DNA of 63,767 nt, filler included, from Choristocarpus tenellus KU-1152 (Eukaryota; Protista; Phaeophyceae): assembly GCA_964200185.2 (NCBI GenBank). It is 15 parts of 15 records of this genome, joined end to end, with 100 filler letters (N's around TTAATTAATTAA, not from the genome) between each part and the next. Parts side by side here need not be neighbours in the genome. Positions count along the whole stretch, not along the records: positions 24,552 to 27,319 come from CAXNAD020024920.1; positions 27,420 to 33,191 come from CAXNAD020009788.1; positions 33,292 to 36,489 come from CAXNAD020021612.1; positions 36,590 to 39,542 come from CAXNAD020023408.1; 11 more parts are not named here. One strand, written 5' to 3'. Shown piece by piece: positions 24,501 to 37,656 of this stretch. The position numbers and the translations under genes were made by a program. The notes under the pieces are model-generated. The model was not told where the DNA came from, made no database searches, and was given only the letters and a program-made list of their open reading frames with translations. Every line of letters starts with the position of its first letter. Positions within the stretch are counted from its first letter, which is position 1.

Positions 24501-25849
24501 TAATTAANNNNNNNNNNNNNNNNNNNNNNNNNNNNNNNNNNNNNNNNNNNNTTTTTTTGTTGTGGTGTGGGGGGTGGTCTCTTGTTTTCTTGTTTGGTTT
24601 GCTGGGTACTGTTTGTTTTTTTTTGTTTTGGGGGGGGGGGGGGGGGGGGGGGGGTGGGGGTGAACATCCAGCCTTCCCCCCATGTATGTGTTTTGCTTTC
24701 ATGGTAGTTGATAGGCATCTCTGCCCCCTGTCGGTGTGCACTGTACATTTATTCAAGTATTGAATAAACAAGGAACGCATACATATTTTTGTAATTCTAT
24801 CACCTATCGTGTTATTCATGCGGTGAAACCAGCCCTGCTCTGGGTTGGCTGTGGTGGCTGCAGATAGTTGCTGCTACAAGTGCAGTCCAGGATTTTTGTA
24901 TGTAGTTCTCTTCTTGGCAAAGCAATTCTCTCTTGAGTTGCTGCAAATTGTGCCTTTGTCCTATGTCGACTTTTTGACAACTATACTGTATGCAGTTAGG
25001 TGGAAAGAGTGATGAGGAAGGTGATGCGCTGGCTCCGTATTAGGGAGAAAGTTGAGAACAGGTGGAAATCACCCAAGAATGCTTGTTGCCTGAGAGGTAA
25101 CTGTAAGTTGCAATGGGTACCACCTGTACCATATTGATGTTAGCAGCATTGTTTAAAGTCTTTCACAGTGAGAGGCATGAGAGTAGTGCAAGGTGTGAAG
25201 GTTTTGTAGGCAGGTCATGGTCATGTTGCCTAATGCCACGGTTGACAGTTTTTGCTGTTACTTGAAGGAAAGTAGTTTCGCTTGTCATCAGACACCCCCC
25301 ACCTGCTTGTAAAGAGGTGCATGTAGAAGATGTAAGTGTGCAGATGCAGGAGGGGGAGAGGACGCAGGTTTCGCCAATTTTTCGAGGGGGGAAGGGGTTT
25401 GCTCAAACACCGATGCACATGAAAAAACGTAGTAGTAAATGACTCTGCACATGTTGCGTCGATGTGATGTGGACACAATACGTGGCATTTTGCTGTGCTA
25501 GTGTAGGATACTCTCATCTCCTGGTTGGAGGTAGGGCGGAGTTTATGGTCCCAACCCTTGAAACTTAATTCACCAGTCAGAGAGAGGCAGAAACTGATCA
25601 GGTCCAGGCTTAAGACAATATGTAGGTAGGTAGTAAGGACAGATCCCATAGTGGGATATGGTTGCGGTGAAGCACAAGAACCGAACCGTAGGCGGAGAAA
25701 CTGGACGGAAATAGCTCTTGTTTTTTTTTTACTGTTACACACTACACACACACATTGTATTGGGTCTCACTCTTCTCACCACCGGCAAGGTAGTCCTTTC
25801 CTCTATTTTAAGATCATTTTTCAAGAAGGTATTAGTACCTGCTAATAGA

Positions 25850-26200
25850 TCATTGGTTCATAATGTGGAGGAATGTGTAGGGTAGTCGACCTCCAACTAC
25901 CATCAAGTGAGCTGTGGTTGGTCCATTTTCCGACTACCTCGGGCAAAGGAAAGTGGCCACCCATGGGGTTCTAAATGTTTCACATAGCTTAGTGGCATTC
26001 CCAGTAGGTGCTCTGGTGTCCAGTGTTATCAATCATTCTTGATTGTCAGTTCTTCGATGCTAAGTAATGTATGATAACCATTCCGTTAAAATATAAGTGA
26101 TTTCGTGTTAGAGTACAACTGGGAAGGGAGTCAATGTAGATATGAGACAAAAGCATCATTATGATGTATCTAAGACGATTCTTGAACCAAAATAGGTCAA
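25850..26200 (-). mobile_element. Decayed reverse-transcriptase relic (PLE/LINE-like)
   Basis: Frameshifted fragments SQLYSN and PMGG in the expected order of RT motifs (SLYTN, G.PMG). Confidence 0.2.
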
Positions 26201-27419
26201 ACCTCCAAGTGTGAAGAATAGGTAAGACTCATATCACCTTCTGAATGGCATGCCCACACGTAAGAGGGGTCATTGTGTTGTCTAGGTGGATTCATATACT
26301 GTACTAATTCAGGGGCTACTATTTTGTCCCAGGCAATATTTTTGTTGAAGAAGACTGTAGAGATGAGCTAAGTCCAACGAGGAACTGCATGACCTGACGA
26401 CATGAATCCAAATGTACAAAGGTCAAAAGAGTGGAACAGGAAGTGTCATGATGCTGGATGCGTTCTATTTTGTTGGTGATTGGGGTTGCTGTAAAATGTT
26501 CGAGGTGTGGGGAGGGGGAATGTGTATGTTGAAGGGGGGGGCACTGTGAGCGTGAGGCTTGGCTTTGTGAGGCGTGATTGCACCTGCAGTAAGATCTCAA
26601 TAGTTAAGGTAGAGGCACCCATGATCGATGAAACCAGAACAATCCAGATGGTGGCAAGCAATCCTTGTCGGTGACTGACTTGCACAAAATCTTGTGGGGG
26701 AAGCAAACACACGCATAGACTGCTGCTTGCTGTTGCTGGACTAGACAACAAAAGATTTCCCAGTCTGATATAAACATCAATCGGAGCTATCCTCATGACA
26801 CACAGACCCACAGAAAAATCTCAACCTCGAAAACAGGTAAGATAAACCGTTTCCATTACAACATAATCGTAGCAGTGGGCATATAATATAATGTTACTTT
26901 AAATGGTATTGATGTGCAAGGAAAACTGAGAAGCTGTAACAAAAAAAGAGTGCACAATGACATCTTCTACCTCATCAATCTACAACAACAAAAATGACTC
27001 ACGTCACACACAACACACGCACACACATATTAAAGGGTAATATCCAGGAGCAAAAGAAACGAATGATGACACAAACATGCCAACCAAGCACTAGCAACAG
27101 ACCTGCCGGTGAAATGGTCGAGACTATTATTGTCAATCGTCAATCGTAATAGCAAAGGACACCACACCAACCGCACTACAAAATAATCATAGTACCAATA
27201 TAACACAAGAAGGAAAAATGCCCCTCCATCGCCAGAGAGGGTGGGCCACAAAAGCGAAAAGACTATTGACAAGTAAGTAAGCCTCTTGCTTCCTCCTCAA
27301 CAGGGGTGCAGGCGGGTGGNNNNNNNNNNNNNNNNNNNNNNNNNNNNNNNNNNNNNNNNNNNNTTAATTAATTAANNNNNNNNNNNNNNNNNNNNNNNNN
27401 NNNNNNNNNNNNNNNNNNN

Positions 27420-27480
27420 CACAACATTGTATTTTGATCCCCAAATGGACGCGGCTCTACCCTCTAAGATACTTTGGCTC
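27420..27480 (+). mobile_element. MITE family A copy A4 (right end only, contig start)
   Basis: CCAAATGGACGCGGCTCTACCCTCTAAGATACTTTGGCTC. Confidence 0.9.
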
Positions 27481-28756
27481 GAATGTAAAACTACGTTCTG
27501 TTCATAATTTGTTCCAATATTTAGGCCCTCCCCTCCATGTTTGACATCTCCCACTAGAAAATCTTCTGAGAGAGTGGTCCTTCAGTAAGAGGGACAGCTA
27601 CTGGGAAGTCGGTTGAAGTGTTGTTCTCAAACCAGAACTATCACTGTTTGTGGGGGCCTCTATGCGACTGGTAGATACAATAATAATGTTGTACTCTATG
27701 CGGCACAACTAAGGTATTTTCAAAAAACCCTTCGGGGACGACACTACATGATGCCTGGAGAAATCCCCTCTTCACATTTCTTATTTGTCGCTTGTTTTGC
27801 CTGCACTACTATGTAGCAATATTTTCACCTCCTTATGAGAACCCCCCACCCTGAAGAAATTATCTGTAGTGCAGAACTATATGTCAGTGTCACATGGCAC
27901 CCCCATGAGTCTCCTACACGGATCACATGAGATTAAGAAGGGTCAGAAAATGTGCAGTATGAACGAACCAAGATGCTGGAACTTCTATGAGAAACCTTGG
28001 GCCATCAAATTAGCCTCAAATTCAATGCTGTACCGGATGGTAGGAAATGTAACTTCTGAAGCGCATTTCGATTTATGCTACTGTAGCCCATAGTCTAGAA
28101 AAAAATGTCCGCATTGAGCAACCGTTCTTGGTGATGAGAGTGTCAGAAGATTTTGGTAGTTGGTGAGCACAGTGCAGGATTGTAACATGTTGTTGTCCCA
28201 TATGTTTCATTGATATTCAAGTTGGAGTCATTGTTCATTTCTCAGACTCTGATCTACTTCGAAGTATTGAAGCCATTATTACGGGTTCTTCCATTTGAGC
28301 ATGAATTTCGGAGAGGAAATTCCTTTCCAAAGGTCCACTTTAGTCATCAATCATTTTCTCTCTACAGTACAATATATGTCCAAGAGGAGATATCCCATAC
28401 TGTCTCAGTCAATAATCAATTGAAATTTAAGAGTGAAGAATTTCTACCTTTCCAAGAGGTAATTTTGGGGGGGTCAAAAGTTATAGGGGGCAATGCCAAG
28501 GTCCTCTTAAATGCCAAATCTTTAACTTGCTATTGTAACCTTTGTCCGACACGTATATAGTTTAGTTTCTCTCCCCCAATCTCTGCAGCCCTCCTTCCCT
28601 ACACTGAACTCAATTTTCTTATTCTCTTGTTTTCTCATCTTCTGTGAACACTAAAAACATCAATACTCTTTCCCATCCAATCCACAAATTTTAACCCATC
28701 TCTCCTCCCACATCACATTTTCCAGAGCAACTAATGAGTATGCAGATTTCAGGGAC

Positions 28757-29686
28757 ATGTGGGAGGATAGTGAGAGGGGTATGACTCGACTCCGGCAGCC
28801 AACATCAAACCCACCTCTTAAGGAGAAGCACCCCAGAGAGCACAACACCACAGGCAAGGCCATAACGAAAAAACCTTGGGCAGGACAAGGTAGACAACCG
28901 CTGGGTGTACAACAGCAAAGACGGGTTGGGAGGTTGGAAAGGGGAAAAAGAACTGAGAGGAACGTGAACAAGAGATCCCCCAAGAAGCAACAGCAAGAGC
29001 AGGTTCAGTTGCAAAATCAAAGAGAAAGGCAAAGTGAGGACCAGGTAGGGGAAGAGGAAGGGCAGCAGCAAACAAGTAATGCGGAATGGATAAGGTTTGA
29101 GAAAGACATTGAATGCATTGAGGAAATTGACCTTAACAAGGAGAGAGAAGACACACGATTTGAAGCCGAGTTGCAAGGAGCAGCGGAGCAGAACTCTGCT
29201 TTTTCCTCACCGTCGTTGATAGGACAACAAGACAGTGATTCATTTGTGGAGGGAGATTCTACCATCAAACCTGAGTTGCTTGGGAGAAAAGGGGTTTCAT
29301 CCAGTGAAGTACCAACCTCTGCTGGACCACGGGTGCAGGTGCTCATAGAAGAGGGTAAAGGGTTGAGGGAGTGCATAGAAGAATGGTCCAAGTGTGAGGG
29401 CACCCTGTGGGATGAGGTGATGCGTTCAGAGTGGTCCAGTCCATCTTCTAAACTGCTTGGCCGATCCATTTACTCTTCTATGACACCCCACCCACAGTCA
29501 CATCTTCCCCTGCCACTAATGTTGGACAACAATCATGTGCGGTTGTCCAAAGCCAGGGACACACACCTCTCTGGATCTGTCCCTTGGGGGCAAATGGATC
29601 TGCTATCATCCTTGTACCACCCCAGAGAGAGTGGTGAGAGCATAACCCAATCAGGTGAAAGTATGTCTGAACTGTCTCCGCAGTAA
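28757..29686 (+). CDS. Hypothetical low-complexity Q/E/S-rich protein (probably a large exon)
   Basis: 309-aa open frame with coding-like composition; no domain recognised. Confidence 0.45.
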   Translation: MWEDSERGMTRLRQPTSNPPLKEKHPREHNTTGKAITKKPWAGQGRQPLGVQQQRRVGRLERGKRTERNVNKRSPKKQQQEQVQLQNQRERQSEDQVGEEEGQQQTSNAEWIRFEKDIECIEEIDLNKEREDTRFEAELQGAAEQNSAFSSPSLIGQQDSDSFVEGDSTIKPELLGRKGVSSSEVPTSAGPRVQVLIEEGKGLRECIEEWSKCEGTLWDEVMRSEWSSPSSKLLGRSIYSSMTPHPQSHLPLPLMLDNNHVRLSKARDTHLSGSVPWGQMDLLSSLYHPRESGESITQSGESMSELSPQ

Positions 29687-30058
29687 TTCACACTTATATA
29701 TAGCACTGTTGTCCATTAAAAACTCCAATGTCATATGCTCATACTGCAAAGCACCATAGTATCCCACACTACAAGATTCAATGGTGACTTTAGCCTCTCT
29801 ACAAGCGAATGACTATGCATGTACTCATGACCCTCCCCATTTCCACAAATCATATGGGGATGATGTTCAGGAGAGGATCCCATCCCAAATAATCCCAACG
29901 ATGAGACCTTGACATGGGCACCAAGGGCTGCTGTGGATCTCTGCAGGGGATTCCTTGCAAAATATACATTTTACAGGTTAGTCAAGGAAGAAAACCTTGA
30001 CTGTGGAATTTCTCGGGCAGGACAGGCAAGGAAACTCTTTGAGTTCTTAAAGTGCTTT

Positions 30059-30238
30059 GGCTCAAAGTATCTGGGGGGGGGGGTGGCGGATGTCCATTTG
30101 GGGCCAATTCTTTCATGTCACGATTTTTGGGTGATTGGTTCCATAAGTCGGATGGATAATGAAAGTGCACTTTTCCTGGTTTTGGCCCAAATGGACACCC
30201 CGGTGTAGACCCCCCCCCTCCCCCTGATACTTTGGGTC
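30059..30238 (+). mobile_element. MITE family B copy B3 (180 bp), TSD TTT
   Basis: GGCTCAAAGTATCTGGGG ... CCCCTGATACTTTGGGTC. Confidence 0.92.
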
Positions 30239-31181
30239 TTTGCTTGCCAAGAATGAAGAGCTCTGTGGTATCATTAATATCTGAACCTACTTCCACGCAA
30301 ACGAAATCAACAAAAACTAAGCTCTAGAGTACCCTCCAACAAGATAATATTCAGCAATAGCATATTGAAACGTTGTAGTGATCAGGTCTGCAAAGTATGT
30401 ATTGCAGTCTAGCAAAACACGGTTCTTATGCCAGAACAACCTCAGCCACAGCCCCACAATAAACACTCTAAAATCAAGTCGCCATCATGATCGGCCACTG
30501 TAAACATCTGTTCCAATGGTTTGCATGGCTCTGTTCTCTTGTGTATCTCATATACGTGGGTGAGACACCATCTTTCGAAGCACATGCCAGCATTGTCACA
30601 TCAATAAGTGCAATCTAGGCGCATACCCAAGGTCATCACTCTGTATTCTCTTCCCCATCATACTCCATCCCCTCATATTCCCATTCTTCTCCTTACAAAT
30701 TTGCGCATCTTGTGGAACAACCCTTCACTCAACTACATCCTAGGCCACCTTCATCCCAACTCGAACCCTTTTCTGGGTCATCACCAACTCAATACATTGC
30801 TCCTTCTGTTGTCAGTGCTCCTGGCGGTGGCGCACTGGACATGGAAAGGGAACTTCTCATGTCAAACTTCCTTCTGGAACTGAACAGCATTTGGCGGGAT
30901 TGGTGTGTAGCATACTGTACTAAAATACCATGTCGGACACAGGAAGACATCAATATTTGTTGTCTGATTACATACAATGCTGTCACTTAGCAGACATACA
31001 CCTTTTTCAATAGACACATTGTATAAATCCCACTTAGTCGAATAAAACTGATTTGCAATTTATTTTTCTTGATTACTTCCGCGTTCAAATGATTCAGTGT
31101 TCCACCTCACCTGGGATTCCCTGGGGTTATGGAAATGAATATATCAAGGATAACCACGAATGTATTTACACCCGCCTTAAT

Positions 31182-31359
31182 GACCCAAAGTATCTGGGGG
31201 GGATGGGGGGTCTACACCAGGGTGTCCATTTGGGGCAATATAACGAAAAGTGCATTTAAATTATCCATCCGACTTATGCAACCAAATCACACAAAAATCG
31301 TGAGATGAAAAAAGGACCCCAAATGGACAGCCGCCACCCCCTCCCAGATACTTTGGGCC
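31182..31359 (-). mobile_element. MITE family B copy B4 (178 bp)
   Basis: GACCCAAAGTATCTGGGG ... CCCAGATACTTTGGGCC; no intact TSD. Confidence 0.92.
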
Positions 31360-33152
31360 AGCAGTGATTCCACAGATGAGACCACAAGCTTACTACGGTC
31401 TCCATTATTTAAACAAACACCAGCCCGGTGACATTGTTGTCAAGACATGGAATATTTCCATCAGTGGAAGCAAACAAGAACGAGCTAACAAACCTAACAG
31501 AACTGAAACATGCTTCCGTTTTGGTATCTATAGCCTCATATCAGCCTGATAACAAGTACTATATATATATATATTTTACACCAACCTATTTGGAAAAAAC
31601 CCTCGGAGATTAAGCATCTGTGGAGAGCAAATAATCTTTATACGTGTGCGCTTGTGCAAATTCAGTATGTTGCTGGTCAAGTGCATAGTCTGTATGAGCT
31701 CATGCAATGCTGTTGACAAAATTTCATGTTTTATGGGATTGGATCTCCACCACAATATTCTAGTTGCCCCAGCATACTTGAGCAACAAACTGCGAACCGA
31801 TTATTGGGCGAACCACCCTTTAACCGTCGTCCCATTTGCCTACAAACTGGAACAATGCAGTTTCTTGTTAAACTACATTCATTGCACCTAACTCTATACA
31901 TTATGCCGCTTAAGGGCTAGAAAGTTGCACCTATTTGCCTCCTCTATTTTCTAGCCACTGTAAATCTTGTTTAGATCCTGGACTCAATGTGAACCAATCA
32001 CGTACACGAAACTACAAGGCCTCACAAGCTGCTCTCGAAAACTTGCTACTCCAGTGAAAGAAGACATGTGAAACGTGTGAAGGAAGCCTATCTACTTCAG
32101 CTTGCGGATGCCAAGCGAAAGGTGGACATGAGCAAGGTGAATATATATATATATACATGTCTCTATTTTGCGCAGGACGAGAGAATGAAGGAAGAGGTCG
32201 TGCACACAGTAGGCTTCACAAAGGGTTTTTTGTTTCGGTCAATGATATTGTATGATCACCTGCTATATATTGCCCATTACTCATGTACTGTCTACTGAAA
32301 GCAATGGTCAGTAGCCAATGGTCAATGAAGCCCTAGATATCTCAAGTCTGGAATATTTGCACTGCATACATTCTTTTTGCTGACTCCTTCCTTTCCTGTA
32401 GCATACACCTATGCATTGTTCTCTCACCCTGAAGGTGATTGATTAAGATGTTTCGGATATACTGCATTAAGTAGGTGCTGTTCAACTTAGGTAGGGGATA
32501 TCACAATAGAGACAAGGCGGCAGTGTCTATCATAACCTGGAAACTTCTTCACTGCCGTGCTATGCTTCAAGGCGTGATGCAAATAGGGTTGAGGCACTGC
32601 AATATTAACAACGGGTGAGGCATCTGTGGGAAAGCTAAGGCTTCTCCGACAGCACTCTGCAATGGAGATTTATATATTCTAACGGGATTGCCAATTTTAT
32701 TTGTTTGTTTTAGACAGCATGATCTATTCATGGCCAGTCACACCCCATTCTTGCATTCTGTCATGAACGTCATATATATATGTGCGTTTGTGTGTGTTAG
32801 GTCCAGCTTTAGATCCCCGAAGTTCAGGATACAAGCTTCACTCTGGCATACTGTATGAGCCTTTTCGATTTCAATGGATGTCTCTATGGAATTAATCTTT
32901 CCCCGCAGCATGTGCAACTTGGGAGGTGGGGATTGGAGGTCGGAAGTAAGAGGGAACATTCAAACTATTGTGACCAAGAAGAAGACAGTGATAACACTCC
33001 ATAAGAGAGAAGAGAGAGGGACACAGAAAGTAGCACATTGTACTTTTCTTGTTGTGATCCCAGTCCAACTGCAACTCATTTACTTCCGAGGAAACAAAAA
33101 TTATTTGTCAGTTAGAGAGGGCGGAAGGGCAGAGGAAGTACCATCAATACGC

Positions 33153-33191
33153 GACCCAAAGTATCTGGGGGGGGGGGGGGGGGATCTACAC
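33153..33191 (-). mobile_element. MITE family B end B5 at contig end
   Basis: GACCCAAAGTATCT-polyG-ATCTACAC. Confidence 0.85.
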
Positions 33192-33352
33192 NNNNNNNNN
33201 NNNNNNNNNNNNNNNNNNNNNNNNNNNNNNNNNNNTTAATTAATTAANNNNNNNNNNNNNNNNNNNNNNNNNNNNNNNNNNNNNNNNNNNNTTTTGTGTT
33301 GGACGCTGGGGTGCGCTAACGGTTGCGGGGTGTGGGGCGGTGTGGGGGGCGA

Positions 33353-33388
<36 letters not shown>

Positions 33389-33617
33389 ATTAATATTTTT
33401 TTTGTGAGTAATTTATTTTACAAGGTACAAGAGAACAGTAAGGAATTGGATGTATTGAGGTGGTGAAGACAAGATTTTCAAGATGAAAAGTATGGCAGTC
33501 GTTGTATTTTTGTTGTCAACATGTTTTTAAGGATTAATTTTTATACCCCCGGTAAGTCTGTAGGAACAGTAACATTTGGGTAGAAAATTGCCTATGGTAA
33601 CCCATGCAGTCACCGTG

Positions 33618-33915
33618 CCCTAGAAGTCTGTGCGATACTGCAATTTCCTGTAGAAAGAAGAGACATGCCATACGTGTGTATTGAAAACAATCTGCTATGC
33701 CATATGCTTTCAAGGGTGCAGCTTTTACTTACCTATTATGTTTATTTTGACTCTACTGCTTTTTACCCTAGAAGTCTGTGCAACACTGCAGTTTCCTGTA
33801 GAAACAAGGGACATGCCATACGTGTTTATTGAAAACAATCTGCTATGCAATATGCTTTCAAGGCTGCAGCTTTTACTTGCCAATTAAATGTTTTTTTTTA
33901 CCCTGCTTCTTTGCA
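33618..33915. repeat. Tandem duplication, about 148-bp unit x2
   Basis: CTAGAAGTCTGTGC...GAAAACAATCTGCTATGC...GCAGCTTTTACTT at about 33620 and 33768. Confidence 0.9.
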
Positions 33916-35834
33916 GGACTTTTTATGTCTGATAGACTTCTAGTACCTTCCAGGGTTCTTGACTGTTGAACTACAAATGTCGGAATATTGTATGATTAGT
34001 CCTTTTTGCCTTTGAACGAATCGGATAACTATAAAATGTGCACAATTTTCGATTATCACAACTGGACATCATCAGGAACATTACATGTCAGTGAAGTTAT
34101 GCATATATGCACACATATAAACTCTTGAGGGTGAATTGTATCCACCGTGGACCTGAACAGTAAAATTCTCCGAAGTACTAGTGTGGGAAGTTTGTGTTAT
34201 CCACTTTGTTGCAATGGCTACTACACAGTGTATGGTGTTTGCCATGGTCTTGTATGTTGGAGTTCTTCCCAGTACCATGACTGTACTGTAGATATCTATC
34301 AGGACGTTTCACTGAACTGGGTTAACGTGATGAGACCATGTTGTGGGCTGGTTTGGGTGAATTTGTAAACTGGACCAAATGTGGCCAATCATGACTTACC
34401 AGTATTCAGAGAAAAACATTGCTTAGGCTGTACTTAAACCAAGGTTTATTTTCTACTGTTTTTATTAAAGTTAATATTAATAGCAGGGTTTTTCAGTTTT
34501 CCACACATTTAGAATAGCCTGATTGAACAGGACCAGTTCAGGTTCATCAGAGAGTGTAGCTAGACCAGATTCTGGTCCAACCAAATAAAAGTATGTCGTA
34601 ACAGGACTGATTTGGAGCCGTCAAGATTGTAGCTGGATGGGGCCACAGACCGGCCTGGGTGAAATTTGCCTTAACAGGCCATATCAGGGCTATCAAGATT
34701 GTAACTAGACCAGGACGCAGACCAGTCCACCGCCCCAGTCCAGCTAGTCGGTCCAGTTGAATGCCAGTCTGGTGTAAAGCTGTGACATGTCTAATGTACC
34801 TTGAAAGTGCTCCATCAGTACTACAGTGCTCCCTGTCTGGTACGCTACGGTCATGGCAGTAACTGCCTGTTGCTGCCCTGTGATTGGTCTGTTGTACTGT
34901 GAGTTGTGCGGAGAGGGGTAATCATGTTTTCCTGCCATGGCCTAGTCAATTAACGTGTCAACGGTTTGTTGTACTGTTAGATATCCCTTTACCGTGAATT
35001 AATTTACCATAGAGCTGAGGCATTAGCATGTGGACCCAGAGTTTTATTTTCCGTGGGTGTTTCTTTTGAAGACATTCGAAAAGATAACTGTTGCAAGGGG
35101 ATTAGGTGTGGCTGGTGGGGTGAATTTTTCATGAGGAGTTTTTGTATTTGGTACAGGGCGGAGTTGAAATCACCGTTTTTTCTACTCCAAAAAGTGTGCT
35201 TGTTGTGAACTTGTTTGGTGTACTCTGTTATTTTTTTTGTTTTTATCACTTCGCCTTTCTTGTTTGTGAATCAAAGGTGTCTCGTTGTGTTGATCGGGTA
35301 TCTCATTTCTGAAACTTTTACTTGTCTGGAATGGTGTCCACAATTAAGTGTATGTGGGTAGACATGCAATAATAGCGGTTGAGCCTGACCCAGTGCCCTC
35401 CCTTAGACCACTTGCACTTGTAATTTTGTGCTCTGGAGATACACGGTGCATCATAATAAAATAACCGACAATTTCCTGATAATTAGATATCATGCAGGCG
35501 TACTGCAGCCTCCACTCCCACACACGTCAACTCAAGCACAAAACATCCAGAAACCTATTTGCTCATGGATCATGAGTGTTCCATCTGTTCCTTAGTTTCT
35601 CCCTTATGTGAGACTTGACCTCCATGTAACATCTTGAAACATCTCATATCCCACTTCCCTTCCTGCGTTCTCTCTGCATACCTGTGCTTGCACCTGCTGT
35701 TTGATGTTTGATGTACTATTTTGCTGTGATGACCCTGTTGTGTGGATTGTCTTGGTATTGCTCACACTGCGTGCATTTTTTTTTTGTGCATGTGTGTGCA
35801 TTATTCATAATTTTGTTGTGGTGGTGGAATGCAG

Positions 35835-36378
35835 GAGACTGACGAGTACGGCTGGTCTAGAAACCTCCGCAAGGACAACATACAAAACGCCTACTTGTTG
35901 TTCTACGACAGGTACGGATTGACGCTTTAAATGGAATAATTTTCTTCCGTTGTGGAGTTATTTGTCAGTTTGCCTGTCTTGTGCCTTCTTTCTGTGTGTA
36001 TGTTGTGTGGGTTGTGGTGTCTACTTTACAATTGTGACTTTCGTCATCTTTGTCACTGTGAGTGGTCCTTACTCTTGTGCTTTCTCCCCTCGCCCTGTAT
36101 TCCCCTACCCCTTGGCAAAGAATCAAGTCAGAAGTAGCAAGGGGTGCAGACAGCCAGTCACAAGGCAAGAAAGGTACTGATCGACCACCACCCAGGGAAG
36201 AGGGTCCCCTCTCACCAGAGAGTGCTGATGCCAGTGAAACAGCTGCTAGCATGTCCGAAGTCAATATTGCAACGTCTGAGATAGTACCCCCGAAGGCATT
36301 GGTTTCAAAGGGCCTGTCAGGGGCGGCTGCTCTTGTCCCACGCACTATATTCTCTTCTGTTTGGGATGAGAACAACAA
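35835..36378 (+). CDS. Ubiquitin-specific protease (C19, USP9/24/34-like), end of catalytic domain; exons 35835-35911 and 36121-36378
   Basis: Phase-compatible exons give ETDEYGWSRNLRKDNIQNAYLLFYDR-IKSE...VPRTIFSSVWDENN. NAYLLFY is the USP terminal box; P..I...V...N follows it in USP9/24/34. Confidence 0.8.
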
Positions 36379-36589
36379 GTGAGAGTTCTTGACTCAGGGG
36401 AGGTGGGGGGGGGGGGGGGAGGGGAGGTGCCGATAGAGGCAAACCATTTTTTGTTTGCTATACAGTTCTCACTTTAGAGCCGAGGGGAGNNNNNNNNNNN
36501 NNNNNNNNNNNNNNNNNNNNNNNNNNNNNNNNNTTAATTAATTAANNNNNNNNNNNNNNNNNNNNNNNNNNNNNNNNNNNNNNNNNNNN

Positions 36590-36750
36590 GGGGGGAGGTC
36601 TACACCAGGGTGTTCATTTGGGTCAAGACCCGGAAAAGTGCATTTACATTATCCATTCCGACGTATGCAACCAAATCACCCAAAAATCGCGACATGAAAA
36701 AATTGACCTCAAATGGAAAGCCCCAACCCCTCCCCCAGATACTTTGAGCC
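36590..36750 (-). mobile_element. MITE family B copy B6 (truncated by contig start)
   Basis: GGTCTACACCAGGGTGTTCATTTGG ... CCCCCAGATACTTTGAGCC. Confidence 0.9.
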
Positions 36751-37397
36751 TTTACCAGGGAGAGTGTAATGAACCAGATAGATCACTATGGTGGATACAT
36801 CTCGACACAATTACGAGCAAAGACGAGATTCAGATCTCAACCACCATCAAGACGACCAAAAATTCACATAACTCCCCAAGTACATTTAATAGGTACTATG
36901 TATACTTCACAACCGAATCCCTGCATAATATCAGTGGTGATATATTATGAACGTAAACCAAAACACTGCAAATACTCCGCATTTATTTCAGAGGTGTGTC
37001 GGTACACATGATGTATCACACATACTTATTAATTGATTGTGGTAACAGCAAAACTAATAAATGAATATGGGAACACGGATATAAGTCGAATAAGTTACGA
37101 TATAAGTTAACCTAGATTCCAGAAAACGTTCTGGACTATGACTTACATTTGACAAACTCTGAAAATTTCGGTAGAATTACTCATTTCTGGAATTGGATCA
37201 ATGCAAGCGAGTTGTACACATGTTCGCCCATCAAGGCTTTGATGACAGTTAAGTAATACATAAGTAGGATGGAAATTACCCCGCCCCTCAGCTTTTTGTA
37301 TGGTTTAATACTTCGATTTTCTATTTTTTCTGTACCTGAGGAAGAGAGGCATCAGCGTTTGACTGGCCATAACCTTTCTCCAAATGCAAGGTAAAGG

Positions 37398-37656
37398 GAG
37401 TGAAAGTATCTTAGAGGGTACGAGTTTTGCCCTGTTTGTCCATTTGGAGCTTGGCTTCCCATGTTTTTTTTAATGGCATCTTCCTACTCGAAAATGTTTA
37501 GGAGTAGGTAAAATGTATATGTTATGAAAGTGTGTGTCCAGAACATGGATATTGACACTTCCTAATGAAGATGACAGCCAAAATTACATCTAAATCCCAA
37601 CATTGGATTTTGACCCCCAAATGGACGCGGCTCTACCCTCCAAGATACTTCGGCTC
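37398..37656 (+). mobile_element. MITE family A copy A5 (259 bp)
   Basis: GAGTGAAAGTATCTTAGAGGGTA ... TACCCTCCAAGATACTTCGGCTC. Confidence 0.92.

Noticed and set aside
35965-36378. 137-aa minus-strand ORF
   Set aside because: Antisense shadow of the plus-strand USP exon, which has proper splice sites and phase.
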